Source of the DNA: Rebecca billardiae RCC1528
Lineage: Eukaryota; Protista; Haptophyta
NCBI GenBank assembly: GCA_965240325.2
Contig: OZ251229.1
Span: 2,836,836-2,900,835, forward strand
DNA: 64,000 nucleotides
Direction: 5' to 3'
Both the position numbers and the translations under genes were made by a program. Shown here one piece after another: positions 54,401 through 64,000 of the stretch. Positions within the stretch are counted from its first letter, which is position 1, and each line of letters begins with the position of its first letter. The notes under the pieces are model-generated. The model did not search any database. It was not told the origin of the DNA and saw only the letters and a list, made by a program, of their open reading frames with translations.

Positions 54401-56918
54401 CGAGTCCCACGTCATCTCGGTGAGGAAGAGCTGCGAGACGCCGTCGTGAAGCTCGAGGATGCCATCGCTCGTGCGCGCACGCACGATCGCCGGCCGGAGT
54501 GTGCGCGTCCAAAAGCGCTCGAATCCGCAGACGGTGCACTTGCCGTGCAAGCAATCGGGGTGCGTCGCCACGCCGAGCGTCTCCGAGCACACGAGCGCAT
54601 CTGCCATGGCAGACTTGCCCGGCAGCCGCGCAAAGCCGAGCAGCGCCTTGAGCTTCGCGCCATAGCTCGGACCTACGCCAACCAGCAGCAGGCCACCCGT
54701 CGCGCTCGAGCTGCTCGGCCCCGCGGCGGCACCGCCCTCGGCCGCGCTCGCCTCCTCTGCCGCCGCGGCTGCCACGTCGCTCTCCTCAATGATGGGCCCG
54801 AGCACGTCTGCGCACACGCTCAGGCCCTCGAGGTGCCACTTGAGGTTGGTGCACGTGCGGCACATGCACGTCTGCCGGTACGCGTTCTTGATGTTCCACG
54901 GCAGCTCGAGCTTGTACTGCGTCAAGCCGATCTCCACCTCCTGGTGCTTCGCGCAGAAGTCGCGGTACATCGCCTCGCGCGTGTCGCTCAGGATGAGCGC
55001 AGCCTTCTCGGCGACCACACACGGCGCGACTCGCCTGCGCATCACGTCGCGCTGGCACGGGCTCTCGGCGCAGAACGTCTTTGTGTGCGCGTGGATCTTG
55101 TGGCGCGTCTCGTCGGAGACCGTGTCCACGCGGCGAGCGCGCTCGGCCAAGGTGATCACCGGCGGTAGCCGGTGCAGCCGCGCACTGCCTGCGCTCTTGC
55201 CGAACGCGCTGGTGTACTCGCGCTGCGCAAACGTGTCGCCCAGGCGGTACGTGATGAGGCAGCTGCCGTCGGTGCGCAGCTCGGTGAGCTCGGCGGGCCC
55301 GTTGGCCGTGAGCACCTTGTCGCCCGGCTTGATCGGCGCGAACTGCTGCTCGACCGCCGCATCGAACGCCGCCCGATCGTTTATCGCCCTGTCGAAGGCG
55401 TACGGGCGGGAATCGGCCGCCTTGCCGCGATAGCCGCGCGGCACGAGCAGCCGCGCGCTGACGCGCCGGCCCATGCCGGCCTGATCGCCGACGAGCGCCC
55501 GCTCCGGCGCGACGAGCGCGAGGAGGAGCCGGTACAAGCGCCACTGCTCGATGCTCGCGCACTCCTGCAGCACATCCTTCGCCGCGATGATGCGGTCGAC
55601 GATGTACGCGTCCGTCTCGGCCTCACGCGCGCGCTCGCCGTGTTTGAGCAGATCAACGACAGAGTTGCCCACCTCGAGGCGCTTGGCGGCGTCGGCGATA
55701 ATGTTCGCGGCGTACTCGTCGGAGCCCTGCGCCCAGTCCTGCACGCACCACACCACACCCCGCCGCCAGTGGTGCAGCGGGCCGTTGTTGCCGCGTCGGC
55801 GGTCGTCGTGCTCGGGCATCGCCTTGCCCGGGATCAGCTGCACGCGGCTGCGCTCGTACCACTTCGCCATCATCCGTCGGTGCGTCAAGCTATCCCAGTC
55901 CGCCCACGGGGCGGGCTCGGAGGCGCCCGACAGTGGCGCGGCCGCGCGCGCGGCCGCGGGTGCCGCAGCGGGCGGCTGCGTGTCGAGCCGTCGCCGCTTG
56001 ACGCCGCTCTCGGTGTGCGCGTCCAGCTCGGCACACTTCTCAGCAAGCAACTGCTGTGCCGCACCCACCTCAGCCTCAAGCCGCTCCTCCGCCGCAGCGT
56101 GCTCGAGGCGCATGTCCTCGAGCTTCTCGCTCGCCTCGGACAGCCTGGACGAGAGGTCGTTGCGCTCCGCGTGCAGCTGCGCTGTGCGAGCGATGTGCGC
56201 GAACGCGTTCGTTGAAAGGGGCGCAGGTGCCGGCTGCTCGGCAGGTGCAGCCTGCTCTGCCTCAGCCATCAGAGCATCCATGTCAGGCGTTGCGTTCCAC
56301 TCGCGCGCGTCGCGCATGGCGCGAAAGCACTCGGGAAACATCTCCGCGTGCGTGACCAGCTTGTTAGGGAGATCGGCGAGCACCTCGGCCTCGGTGACTC
56401 GGCCGTTCGCTGTGCTCGCGCAGCTCGACAACGTTCTCGGCATGGCGGCGGACCGACCGCCGCAGAGGTGGTGGCAAGCCAGCGACACTTTGAACTTGCG
56501 CTGGTTGGCAGTCGCGCGCGGCGCGTCCCACTGAGCCGAGCGCGACAGGGTGCCGCCGCGTACCAGCGGGTGCGCCCGGATCAGGGACTGCAGACGTGTC
56601 GCCTCGTCCACTGCGGCCCCCCCCCGTCGCCGCGGCTGGCTCCGCGGCTTGCTCCATGGCGCACTGCGGAGACCGTTGGTCCGGGAGCAAAAAAAAAGTT
56701 CAGCACGATGGAGTCCTCCGTGTTCGACTTGACGACGCGTTCAAGGACAAGGAAACATACGAAATCGTCTGCGGCTTCGGTTTTGGACCTGCGGCTTCGT
56801 CCGCCGCCCCGGAGATCTTTCGATTGGTACCCTCATCGCTTCCTGGCTCCCAGGGGTTCGACTAAATGCACCCCCCCCAGGATAGGGTCAGTGGACGTCC
56901 CTGACTGTGGCTGGAGCC
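51423..56918. mobile_element. Autonomous-type Sola (Sola2-like) DNA transposon, 5.5 kb
   Basis: 27-bp imperfect TIR GGCTC...GGGACGTCCA (22/27) plus an inner 12-bp inverted block GGGGTGCATTTA. ATAT on both sides. Encloses a transposase ORF. Confidence 0.75.
51635..56657 (-). CDS. Sola-type DDD/E transposase with Cys clusters and inserted domains
   Basis: CMCRTC, CLHGKCTVCG, SDWAEN...QMQSEYW, NDKRH, ADNAVHFK, GHGKGPWDGVGAVIK, CWCGAC. Probable ATG 56657 is out of frame by one base at a G9 run. Two 123-nt in-frame introns are likely. Confidence 0.75.
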
Positions 56919-57001
56919 ATATATACGACTATATCAATAACGGCGGCGGCGGTGTTGATGGCACCGCCAGTCCGAGCCGAGTCCGACCTCAGTTGCAGTC
57001 C

Positions 57002-60000
57002 TCAGCGCAGCGTGAGGCGCGAGCCGGCAGCGGGCCCCGCGGGCGACGACGACGACGACGCGGCAGGCGCCTTCCCGTTGGCGCGCGGCGGCGGTGGCGG
57101 CGGCGGCGGCGCTGCGCGCTGGTGCGGTCCCGCGCCGCGCGCCGCGCTCGCCCGGCGGTAGCGCGCAAAGTCCTCCGCTGAGAGCGACGGCTGGAACGCG
57201 CCGAGCGCCTGCTCAAAGTGCGCCGCGGTAACGAGCACGGCGCGCGCGCCGGCCGAGCGCTCGCGCGGCCGCGCGCGCGAGCCGCGCGGCCGCGCCGCGC
57301 CCTCCGCCGCCGCCGCCTCCGCCTCGAGCTGGTCGACGAGCTCGCGCGTGGCGGCGCCGAGCGCGTCGGCGCACAGCGCGTACAGGTCCGCGCCCGTGAG
57401 CACCGGCGGCAGCCTGCCCGCCAGCTCGCCCAGCCGCACGTCGGGCGCGAGCGCCAGCCGGCGGCAGAGCGCGCGCAGCACGTCCAGCTGCGCCGCGCGG
57501 CCCTCGCACGGCGGCAGGTAGACGAGGCGGTCGAGGCGCCCCGGCCTGAGGAGCGCGGGCTCGAGGAGGTCGGCGCGGTTGGTCGCGCCGAGGACGAAGA
57601 CGCGCCCCGCGGGATGCGCCGTCCCCACCGCCGCACGCGCCGGGCCGCCGAGCCCGTGCGCCGAGTGCGCGCCATCGAGCTCGGTCAGTAGCTGGGCGAC
57701 CACCCGGTCCATCGCGCCGCCGCCGTCGCCCGCCGAGCCGCGGCGCGGCGCGAGCGCGTCGAGCTCGTCGAAGAAGATGAGCGCGGGCGCGGCGTGCCGC
57801 GCGGCCGCGAAGATGGCGCGCACGTTCGCCTCCGACTGCCCGACGTACGAGTCGAGCAGCTCCGGTCCTTTCACTGCCATGAACGCCAGCGCCAGCTCAG
57901 TCGCGGCCGCCTTGGCCAGAAGTGTCTTGCCCGTGCCCGGCGGGCCGTGCAGGAGCACACCGGAGCGCGCGCGGCCGAGGCGGAGGTGTGCGGCGGCGCC
58001 GGCCGCGCCGCCGCCCGGCGCCGCGGGCGGGTGCACCGCCTCCAGGATGGCCGCCTTCGCCTCCTCGTGGCCGCCCACGTCGGCCCAGCGCACGCTCGGC
58101 ACGCGCGGCGCGGGGCCGGCGCCGTCGGCCGCGCTCGCGGCCGCGCGCCGCGCCTCGAGCGCCGACGCGGCGAGCGCCGCGTCGCGCGCGCGGACGAGGA
58201 CGGTGCGCGCGCGCACCCCGGCCGGCGCCCGCGCATCGTCGCCATCGTCGGCTGCCGCGGCTGCGGCCGCGGCTGCGGCCGCTGCGGCCGCGCACGGCTG
58301 CCGCGCCGCCGCGGCCGCCGCCGCCTCCGCCGCCGTTGCCGTCGGCGCCGCCTCCGCCGCCGTCGGCGTCGGCGCCGCCCGATCCGAGCAGTCGGAGTCG
58401 CTCGCGCTCGACGAGGCGGAGCTTGGCGCGTGCGCGCCCGAGGGCGGCGCGCCGTCCGACGAGTCGCTCTGCGCCGAGCCGCCGCCCTCGCTCTCGGCCT
58501 CGCCCGCGCTGCCGGCCGCAGCGCGCCGCGCGCCCGCGAGCGCGCGCGCGTGCCGCCTGCGCAGCGCCGCGTGTGCCGCCTCCGCCACCACGCTGGCGAG
58601 CTCAGCGACGCTCGCGCCCGCGGCGGCGGCGCGCAGCCGCTCGGCGGCGCGCGCGCTGAGGCGCACGCCCGTGCACGCCGCCACCTCCTCCGCGCCGCCC
58701 AGCGCGCCGCCCTCCCCGGCCTCTGCCGCCGCGCCGGCGGCGGCTGCTGCCCGCGCGCTCCCACCCAGCCGCACCGTCGTCTGGAAGAGCGCTCGCATCG
58801 GCGCGGGCAGCTCGGCCTCCGCCTGCGTGGTGCCAACGAGCGCGAAGCCGAAGCCGAGCGCGGTGCTCGCGGGCACGGCGGCGGCGGCGCGCGGCGGCGA
58901 GTCGGACACGCACTCGTCGCTCGATGCCGCGGCCTCGTCTAGCGCGCCCAGTAGCGCGCCGAGCAGCGGCGGCGGCGCGGCGCCGCCGTCCGCGCCGCCG
59001 CCGCCGCCGCCGCCGCCCGCAAGCCGCAGGCCGCCGCCGCCGCCCGCAGGCACGAGTGCCAGAGCGTCGATGCGGCGGAGGAGGAGGAGGGCGGGCGCGC
59101 ACGCGGCGGCTTCGCGCACCGCCCAGCGCAGCGCGCCCGCGCCCGGCTCGCCGCCCGCGGGCTGCGCCAGCAGCAGCGCGAAGCAATTCAGCTCGATCAG
59201 CTGCAGCCCGGCCGCCGCCGCCGCCTCGGCCGCGGCGGCGCGCTTGCCGCTGCCGCGCGGGCCGCTCAGCAGAACGTTGGCCGCGCCGAGCCGGCGGGCG
59301 AGGCGTGCGAGCGCGGCGGGCGAGCGCGCGCGGCCAAAGCCGCGTACGGGGCCGAGCGCGCGCGCGAGCTCGGCGAGCGCCGGGCGCACCGCCAGCGGCA
59401 CGGGCCGCGCCGGCGCACGCGCCAGATAGCGCCCCAGCAGCGGCGGCAGCGCGCTGCGCGCCGCGCGGCCCGAGACGACGAGGGTGCACACGCCCACGCG
59501 CACGGCGCAGCACGCGCCGGGCGCGGCGGCGGGCCGGCCGCCGGGCGGCGGCGCGGGCTCGACCGACTGCACTACGTAGGGCAGCCACGCGCGCGCGCGC
59601 GCCGGGCCCGCGCTCAGACCGAGCCGCATCGCGCCGCCGCCGCCGCCCGCGCCCGCGCCGCCGCCGTCCGCGTCCGCGCCGCCGCCGTCCGCGCCGCCGT
59701 CCGCGCCGCCGTCCGCGCCGCCGTCCGCGCTGGGCTCGTCGTCGGTCCACGCCGAGTCGGCGGACGCGCTCGACGCGTCGTCGGCACTCGAGCCCCGCTC
59801 CTCCTCCTCCGACCCCGCCGCCCCGCGCCGCGCGCGCGAGCAGACGAGCAGCACGTCCCCCGCCGCCAGGTGCTGCGGCGCGGCCGCGCGCACAAAGTGC
59901 GCGCGGAGCGCGCGCGCGGCCTCCGCCTCGGCGGCGGCGCGCGCGGAGGCGGCGGCGCGCGAGGCGCCGCTGAGGGACGGCGCGCGCGGCGTGCGCACGC

Positions 60001-60490
60001 GCGCGAGCACGACGCGCAGCGCGTCCGGGGGCGGCGCGCCGAGCGCCTCGACGCGCACGCGCGCGTCGGGCGCGCCACCGGCCGGCGCGAGATTGCAATC
60101 TCCTCCCAGCGCGAGATTGCAATCTCCTCCGAGCTCGAGGTTGTGCGCCAGGACCGGGCTGAGGTACAGCGTGTGCGGCGCGGGGGCGGGCGAGGCGGCG
60201 GCGTCGGGGCGGAGCCGATGCAGCCGCGCGACGCGCGCCGCCCCGCCAGGCGCCTCGACGCGCACGAGCGCGCGCTCGGCGGCGGTGTCGAGCCCGAGCG
60301 CGCTGAACACGGCCGCGGCCGCGCCCGCCTCCGCGCACGGGTCGCTGCCGCGCGCGTGCGGCGGGGCGAGCGGGCGGCCAAGCGGCGCCCATGCGAGGAG
60401 CACGCCGCCGCGCGCCGCGCCTGGCAGCGCCCGCGCCGCCGCCGCGTCGCACGACCACGCGTCGGGCGGCGTGGGGACGCGCGACGCCAT
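57002..60490 (-). CDS. PEX6: Peroxisomal AAA ATPase PEX6
   Basis: Degenerate D1 (GPRGSGK). D2 motifs VPSVRWADVGG, RSGVLLHGPPGTGKT, VKGPELLDSYVGQSE, FFDELD, GDGGGAMDRVVAQLLTELD, TGADLYALCADA. Confidence 0.9.
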   Translation of the reverse strand: MASRVPTPPDAWSCDAAAARALPGAARGGVLLAWAPLGRPLAPPHARGSDPCAEAGAAAAVFSALGLDTAAERALVRVEAPGGAARVARLHRLRPDAAASPAPAPHTLYLSPVLAHNLELGGDCNLALGGDCNLAPAGGAPDARVRVEALGAPPPDALRVVLARVRTPRAPSLSGASRAAASARAAAEAEAARALRAHFVRAAAPQHLAAGDVLLVCSRARRGAAGSEEEERGSSADDASSASADSAWTDDEPSADGGADGGADGGADGGGADADGGGAGAGGGGGAMRLGLSAGPARARAWLPYVVQSVEPAPPPGGRPAAAPGACCAVRVGVCTLVVSGRAARSALPPLLGRYLARAPARPVPLAVRPALAELARALGPVRGFGRARSPAALARLARRLGAANVLLSGPRGSGKRAAAAEAAAAAGLQLIELNCFALLLAQPAGGEPGAGALRWAVREAAACAPALLLLRRIDALALVPAGGGGGLRLAGGGGGGGGADGGAAPPPLLGALLGALDEAAASSDECVSDSPPRAAAAVPASTALGFGFALVGTTQAEAELPAPMRALFQTTVRLGGSARAAAAAGAAAEAGEGGALGGAEEVAACTGVRLSARAAERLRAAAAGASVAELASVVAEAAHAALRRRHARALAGARRAAAGSAGEAESEGGGSAQSDSSDGAPPSGAHAPSSASSSASDSDCSDRAAPTPTAAEAAPTATAAEAAAAAAARQPCAAAAAAAAAAAAAADDGDDARAPAGVRARTVLVRARDAALAASALEARRAAASAADGAGPAPRVPSVRWADVGGHEEAKAAILEAVHPPAAPGGGAAGAAAHLRLGRARSGVLLHGPPGTGKTLLAKAAATELALAFMAVKGPELLDSYVGQSEANVRAIFAAARHAAPALIFFDELDALAPRRGSAGDGGGAMDRVVAQLLTELDGAHSAHGLGGPARAAVGTAHPAGRVFVLGATNRADLLEPALLRPGRLDRLVYLPPCEGRAAQLDVLRALCRRLALAPDVRLGELAGRLPPVLTGADLYALCADALGAATRELVDQLEAEAAAAEGAARPRGSRARPRERSAGARAVLVTAAHFEQALGAFQPSLSAEDFARYRRASAARGAGPHQRAAPPPPPPPPRANGKAPAASSSSSPAGPAAGSRLTLR

Positions 60491-60716
60491 GCTTGCGCGG
60501 CCGCGGCGGACGATGGCGGCCGTCCCGAGATACCCCGTACCCGCGATCTCCAAGTACCGCCCTCGCGCCACTCCGCGCGAGGAGAATCGAACGGTTGACG
60601 AACCCGGGCTCCGGCGAGCGCGACGCGCTTGCCCCCACGCCTTCAAAGTGGAGCCCCATCGCGCCGGGGGCAAGCAGCAGTTAACGAGCCGGTAGCGGCG
60701 GCGCGGGCGCGCAGCT

Positions 60717-61976
60717 ATGTTCGGCCTCGCGTACAACGCGTACAAGCAGGTGCGCAAGAGGCAGCAGAAGGCGATGACGGTGATCCTCCTCGGCGTGGAC
60801 AACGCGGGCAAGAGCACCCTCCTGCACACGCTGCGGCGCGCGACCGCCGATTCGGGCCGGCGGCGGGCGGGCGGGCGGCTGCGCCTGCCGGGCAGGCGGC
60901 GCTCGGCGGCCGGGGTGGGCGTGGCGTCGGGCGCGGAGGAGGCGTTCGCGCCGACGCCCACGATCGGCTTCGAGGAGCAGTCCCTCGACCTCGCCGGCCA
61001 GCGCTGCACCGTGTACGACCTCGGCGGCTCGCGGATGGGCCGCACGCTCTGGCCGTCGTATCTCGACGAGGTGCACGGCGTGATATTCGTGGTGGACGCG
61101 GCGGACGCCGCGCGGCTCGGCGAGGTGAAGGAGGTGCTGCACGCCACGCTCGCCGCGGACGTGCTCGTGGGCAAGCCCGTCCTCATCCTGTGCAACAAGC
61201 AGGACGTGCCCGGCGCGCTCGCGCCCGCGCAGGTGGCGGAGGCGCTCGCGCTGCACGAGCTCGCCTCGTCGGCGCACCAGCTGTTCGCGGTGACGGCGCG
61301 CGACGTGGAGGACGCGCGCATGTTCAAGGGGCTCAAGTGGCTCGGCGGCGCCGTCAGCTCCGACTACGCCGCGCTCCACGCGCGCATCGAGCGCGACGTC
61401 GCCGACAAGAAGCGCAGGCAGGAGGCGGAGCGCGCCGAGCGCAAGCGCCGGATTGAGGAGCGCAAGGCGCAGCGCGAGCGCGAGCGCGCGGAGCAGGCGG
61501 CGCGCGAGGGGCAGGGGCCGGAGGAGCCGATGCCGCCCGCGCAGCCCGGCCCGCCCGCCGCCTCGGGGCCTGGCAGAGGGGCGGCGGACGGCGGCGGCGC
61601 CAGCGGCGGCGCCAGTGGTGCCAGTGGCGTCGTGGCGGCCGCAGCCGCGGCGCCGATCGCCGCCGCCGCGCGGCCACCGCCCGAGGTGGAGCTCGCGGAG
61701 CGGCAGGCGGCGGGCGCGGACGAGCAGGCGGACGAGATGCCGCCCGCCGTCGCCGAGCCCGCCGCCGCGCCGCGCCAGGGCGCGCTGCTCAGCGGCGACC
61801 CCGCCGCGCCGCTCACGCCCGGCGGCAGCGCGGCCGCGCCGGGCGGCGCGGGCGGCGGCGGGCAGGTGCCGCTGCTGCCCAATCAGATCTTCAGGACGGC
61901 GTCGCCCGAGCACGGCAACCCGCTGAAGAAGCTGCCTTCGCTCGGGCACACGCCGCTGGCGCCGCAGTCGGCCTGA
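60717..61976 (+). CDS. ARL13: ADP-ribosylation factor-like ciliary GTPase, ARL13 family
   Basis: GVDNAGKST, PTIGF, DLGG lacking the catalytic Q, NKQD, then a coiled coil and a Pro/Ala-rich tail. Confidence 0.8.
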   Translation: MFGLAYNAYKQVRKRQQKAMTVILLGVDNAGKSTLLHTLRRATADSGRRRAGGRLRLPGRRRSAAGVGVASGAEEAFAPTPTIGFEEQSLDLAGQRCTVYDLGGSRMGRTLWPSYLDEVHGVIFVVDAADAARLGEVKEVLHATLAADVLVGKPVLILCNKQDVPGALAPAQVAEALALHELASSAHQLFAVTARDVEDARMFKGLKWLGGAVSSDYAALHARIERDVADKKRRQEAERAERKRRIEERKAQRERERAEQAAREGQGPEEPMPPAQPGPPAASGPGRGAADGGGASGGASGASGVVAAAAAAPIAAAARPPPEVELAERQAAGADEQADEMPPAVAEPAAAPRQGALLSGDPAAPLTPGGSAAAPGGAGGGGQVPLLPNQIFRTASPEHGNPLKKLPSLGHTPLAPQSA

Positions 61977-62190
61977 GGCGCGCCGCGCGCCGGTCGTCGC
62001 CGGGCGCGACGGCGCCGTCGGACCGGGGCAGACCGTGCGCCGCCACGCGCGGAGCAGGCGCCAACGCCATTCGGGCTTCGGCGGGCCTCCGGCTCGCGCC
62101 CGCTCGACTGCACTAGTCTCGGGCCCTCGCTAAGCCATCAGCAGCGCGAGCAGATTTTTTGCGCGGTGCTGGAGCAGTAGCCGCCGTGAC

Positions 62191-62521
62191 TGTCAGGGAA
62201 CGCGTCTTGAGCTTGACGGTCGAGTCGCGGTCGACGAGCTTCGGCTCTTGTTTGCGGTGGTGAGCTCAGCGTGTTTTGTGTGATCGGCTCATGTTTCGTT
62301 CATTTCTAAGAAGCATCTGGAATGCTTCGAGATGTCGCCGCCAGGTCGCCGCCAGCCATGCTGTCCTGCTGTATTTGAGGATGAGGTTCAGGTCGTTGAT
62401 TTTGGAGGATTTTGTCATTTGTGCGAGCGCCGCCGCAGCGGTCGCGCCGCCACTGTGTGACTGCGAGTAAAATGTTGGATTGGAAATCGGAAATCACTGT
62501 AGATTGGCGATTCCTTTGACA
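62191..62521 (-). mobile_element. 3' LTR (331 bp) of an LTR retrotransposon
   Basis: On the minus strand a PPT (TTGAGGGGGGGG) directly precedes TGTCA, and the LTR ends TGACA. Candidate TSD gtgac at 62186-62190. Confidence 0.75.
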
Positions 62522-62787
62522 CCCCCCCCTCAATCCAATATGCGCTCGTCTGTGAGGACTAAGCTTGGATTATGAGTGATTTTGGGCTTGGTATTGTTTG
62601 TGCATCTGTGTGCATGAGTGAATTGGAGTCAGTAATGGTTGCCAATGCCAGGATACGGGTCATGTGCTGGGACTTCCGTGTGACGGTTTTGGGTAACCCG
62701 AGTCAGTCCTGGGCTTATTTGCACCATGTGTTCACTCTTTGGCCTTGATCTTGGACCTTGCTATTGGGCCATGCCCTGCCTTGATAG

Positions 62788-64000
62788 TTAATCATAGGCA
62801 TCCGGAGCAGGAATATCCAGGAAATGGATACGCTCCTTGGGAAATTTGTTGGCTCCCTTGTTTTTGCCTTTGTTGTAATTGTTGGCCTTGGGGCGTAGCT
62901 CTGGGTGGAGCTTCCAACACTGCTGGGCAGTATGGTTCTTGAGACCACAGTGAGTGCACCGTTTGCCGGTGTCCGAGTTATTCGGCCCGCTCTCGCCATT
63001 GGCTGGAGCCTTTTGGGCCTGAGCGGCGAAGACTTCGGCGCCCTCAAAGTCACCGCGTCGCCGCGTGCCTTGCTGATAATCAGCATTTTGGCGTATCTTG
63101 GAATAATTGTCGGTCTCTCTCCCCTTGGTATTGTTCTGATGGAGTAGCTTCATTGAGCCGTGCCGTTTGTAGGCATCTTCCATCTGGGCCATTATCTGGT
63201 CAGTGTTATCCACACATTGCTCGGGCGTGAGCGCACCGAAGTGCGAGATAACTGACTCGTAGACTTGGGGATGGTCGTGCATGCTGTTATACAGCTTGAA
63301 GACCAACATCGTGGCATCGTCCAGATTCCCATATCGAGATGAGCGGACTTGCTCGACGGATTTCTTGATAATGTCCGATGCGCCAATGGGCGACACCTTT
63401 GTCGGGTATAACTTCAGGAATTCATCCCTGAGTTCGGACATAGTTGTGATCTTGAGCTCGCGCTCAAATATCTGTAGCAGCAGCGTCAGATCCAAGTAAT
63501 TCTTGGTCGGATCGCTGATGTGCAGCTTCGATTCCAGATAGGCGAATAACTGAGGCTCGATAGAGTCCTTCAGCTGCTTGAATATCGCTGCCGCAGATCG
63601 ATCGTAGACCGATCCGATCTTGTTGGCGTCAGCGTTGTCAGCCTTGTATGGATCGATTTTGGCTGCGTCTTTCACCCATTTGTCTTTGGCAATGAGTTGA
63701 AAGCCGGATAGCTTGCTATCCTTGGGCTCCATTATGTCAGGTGTGACATCTGAGGATTTGCCCTTGTAGTAGGTGCTCACTTCTGCGAGTGCATCCCGTA
63801 TCGCGCTGTGTACCGCGCGCTTGGATTTCAGAGCCGACTGTGTCAGCTTGTGTGTGGCGGGTGTATCCACTCCTGCCGAAGATTCGCGTGCCGTGAACAC
63901 ACGTTCCTTCTTGGTTGGATTAGAGTCTGTGACTCCTCCTTCGATGACTATCCAGTCACGTTTCTTCGACTCAAGTGCATTGGTCGATATGTCGCGCGCG
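62788..64000 (-). CDS. Copia-like Gag with CCHC zinc knuckle, 5'-partial
   Basis: CTHCGLKNHTAQQCW. GC content is much lower than in host genes. The frame stays open to the window end. Confidence 0.8.
   Translation of the reverse strand, partial: ARDISTNALESKKRDWIVIEGGVTDSNPTKKERVFTARESSAGVDTPATHKLTQSALKSKRAVHSAIRDALAEVSTYYKGKSSDVTPDIMEPKDSKLSGFQLIAKDKWVKDAAKIDPYKADNADANKIGSVYDRSAAAIFKQLKDSIEPQLFAYLESKLHISDPTKNYLDLTLLLQIFERELKITTMSELRDEFLKLYPTKVSPIGASDIIKKSVEQVRSSRYGNLDDATMLVFKLYNSMHDHPQVYESVISHFGALTPEQCVDNTDQIMAQMEDAYKRHGSMKLLHQNNTKGRETDNYSKIRQNADYQQGTRRRGDFEGAEVFAAQAQKAPANGESGPNNSDTGKRCTHCGLKNHTAQQCWKLHPELRPKANNYNKGKNKGANKFPKERIHFLDIPAPDAYD

Noticed and set aside
51451-56876. Alternative Sola boundaries at the inner GGGGTGCATTTA repeat with a CCAG duplication
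   Set aside because: The terminal bases mismatch, and the outer 27-bp TIR with ATAT explains more sequence. It is kept as a subterminal repeat.
60491-61336. N-terminal extension of the 1444-aa PEX6 ORF, and similar extensions of the calpain, RbgA, GH9 and kinase ORFs
   Set aside because: They are antisense to neighbouring genes or their promoters. Stop codons are simply rare at this GC content.

Overview
Very GC-rich eukaryotic nuclear DNA. It has GC-rich spliceosomal introns with GTGCG donors and TTAGGG repeats; the organism is most likely a haptophyte alga such as a Pavlovales member (inference). The first ~18 kb is accessory. It holds three tandem copies (5794-bp period) of a secreted beta-sandwich/(SPPP)n surface-protein gene whose head domains differ only by amino-acid-changing substitutions. 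The copies are separated by a transposon-mosaic spacer (GTTCGCGAAC MITE, P-like foldback element) and followed by a 2.07-kb TIR element. From 19 to 62 kb the region is gene-dense and arranged mostly as head-to-head pairs: cNMP-GRAM-cNMP-RGS-AGC kinase/GH9 glucanase, NOXRED1-like/RbgA GTPase, double pseudo-calpain with CaaX/DUF3431, SAM methyltransferase/CLASP-TOG, RCC1-(SP)n/GT61, and PEX6/ARL13. A 5.5-kb Sola-type DNA transposon with extra inserted domains lies at 51.4-56.9 kb, and a gag-only LTR retroelement runs off the right end. A 14-bp palindrome (GAGATTGCAATCTC) recurs inside several unrelated coding sequences. All family calls come from motif recognition by eye, not database searches.
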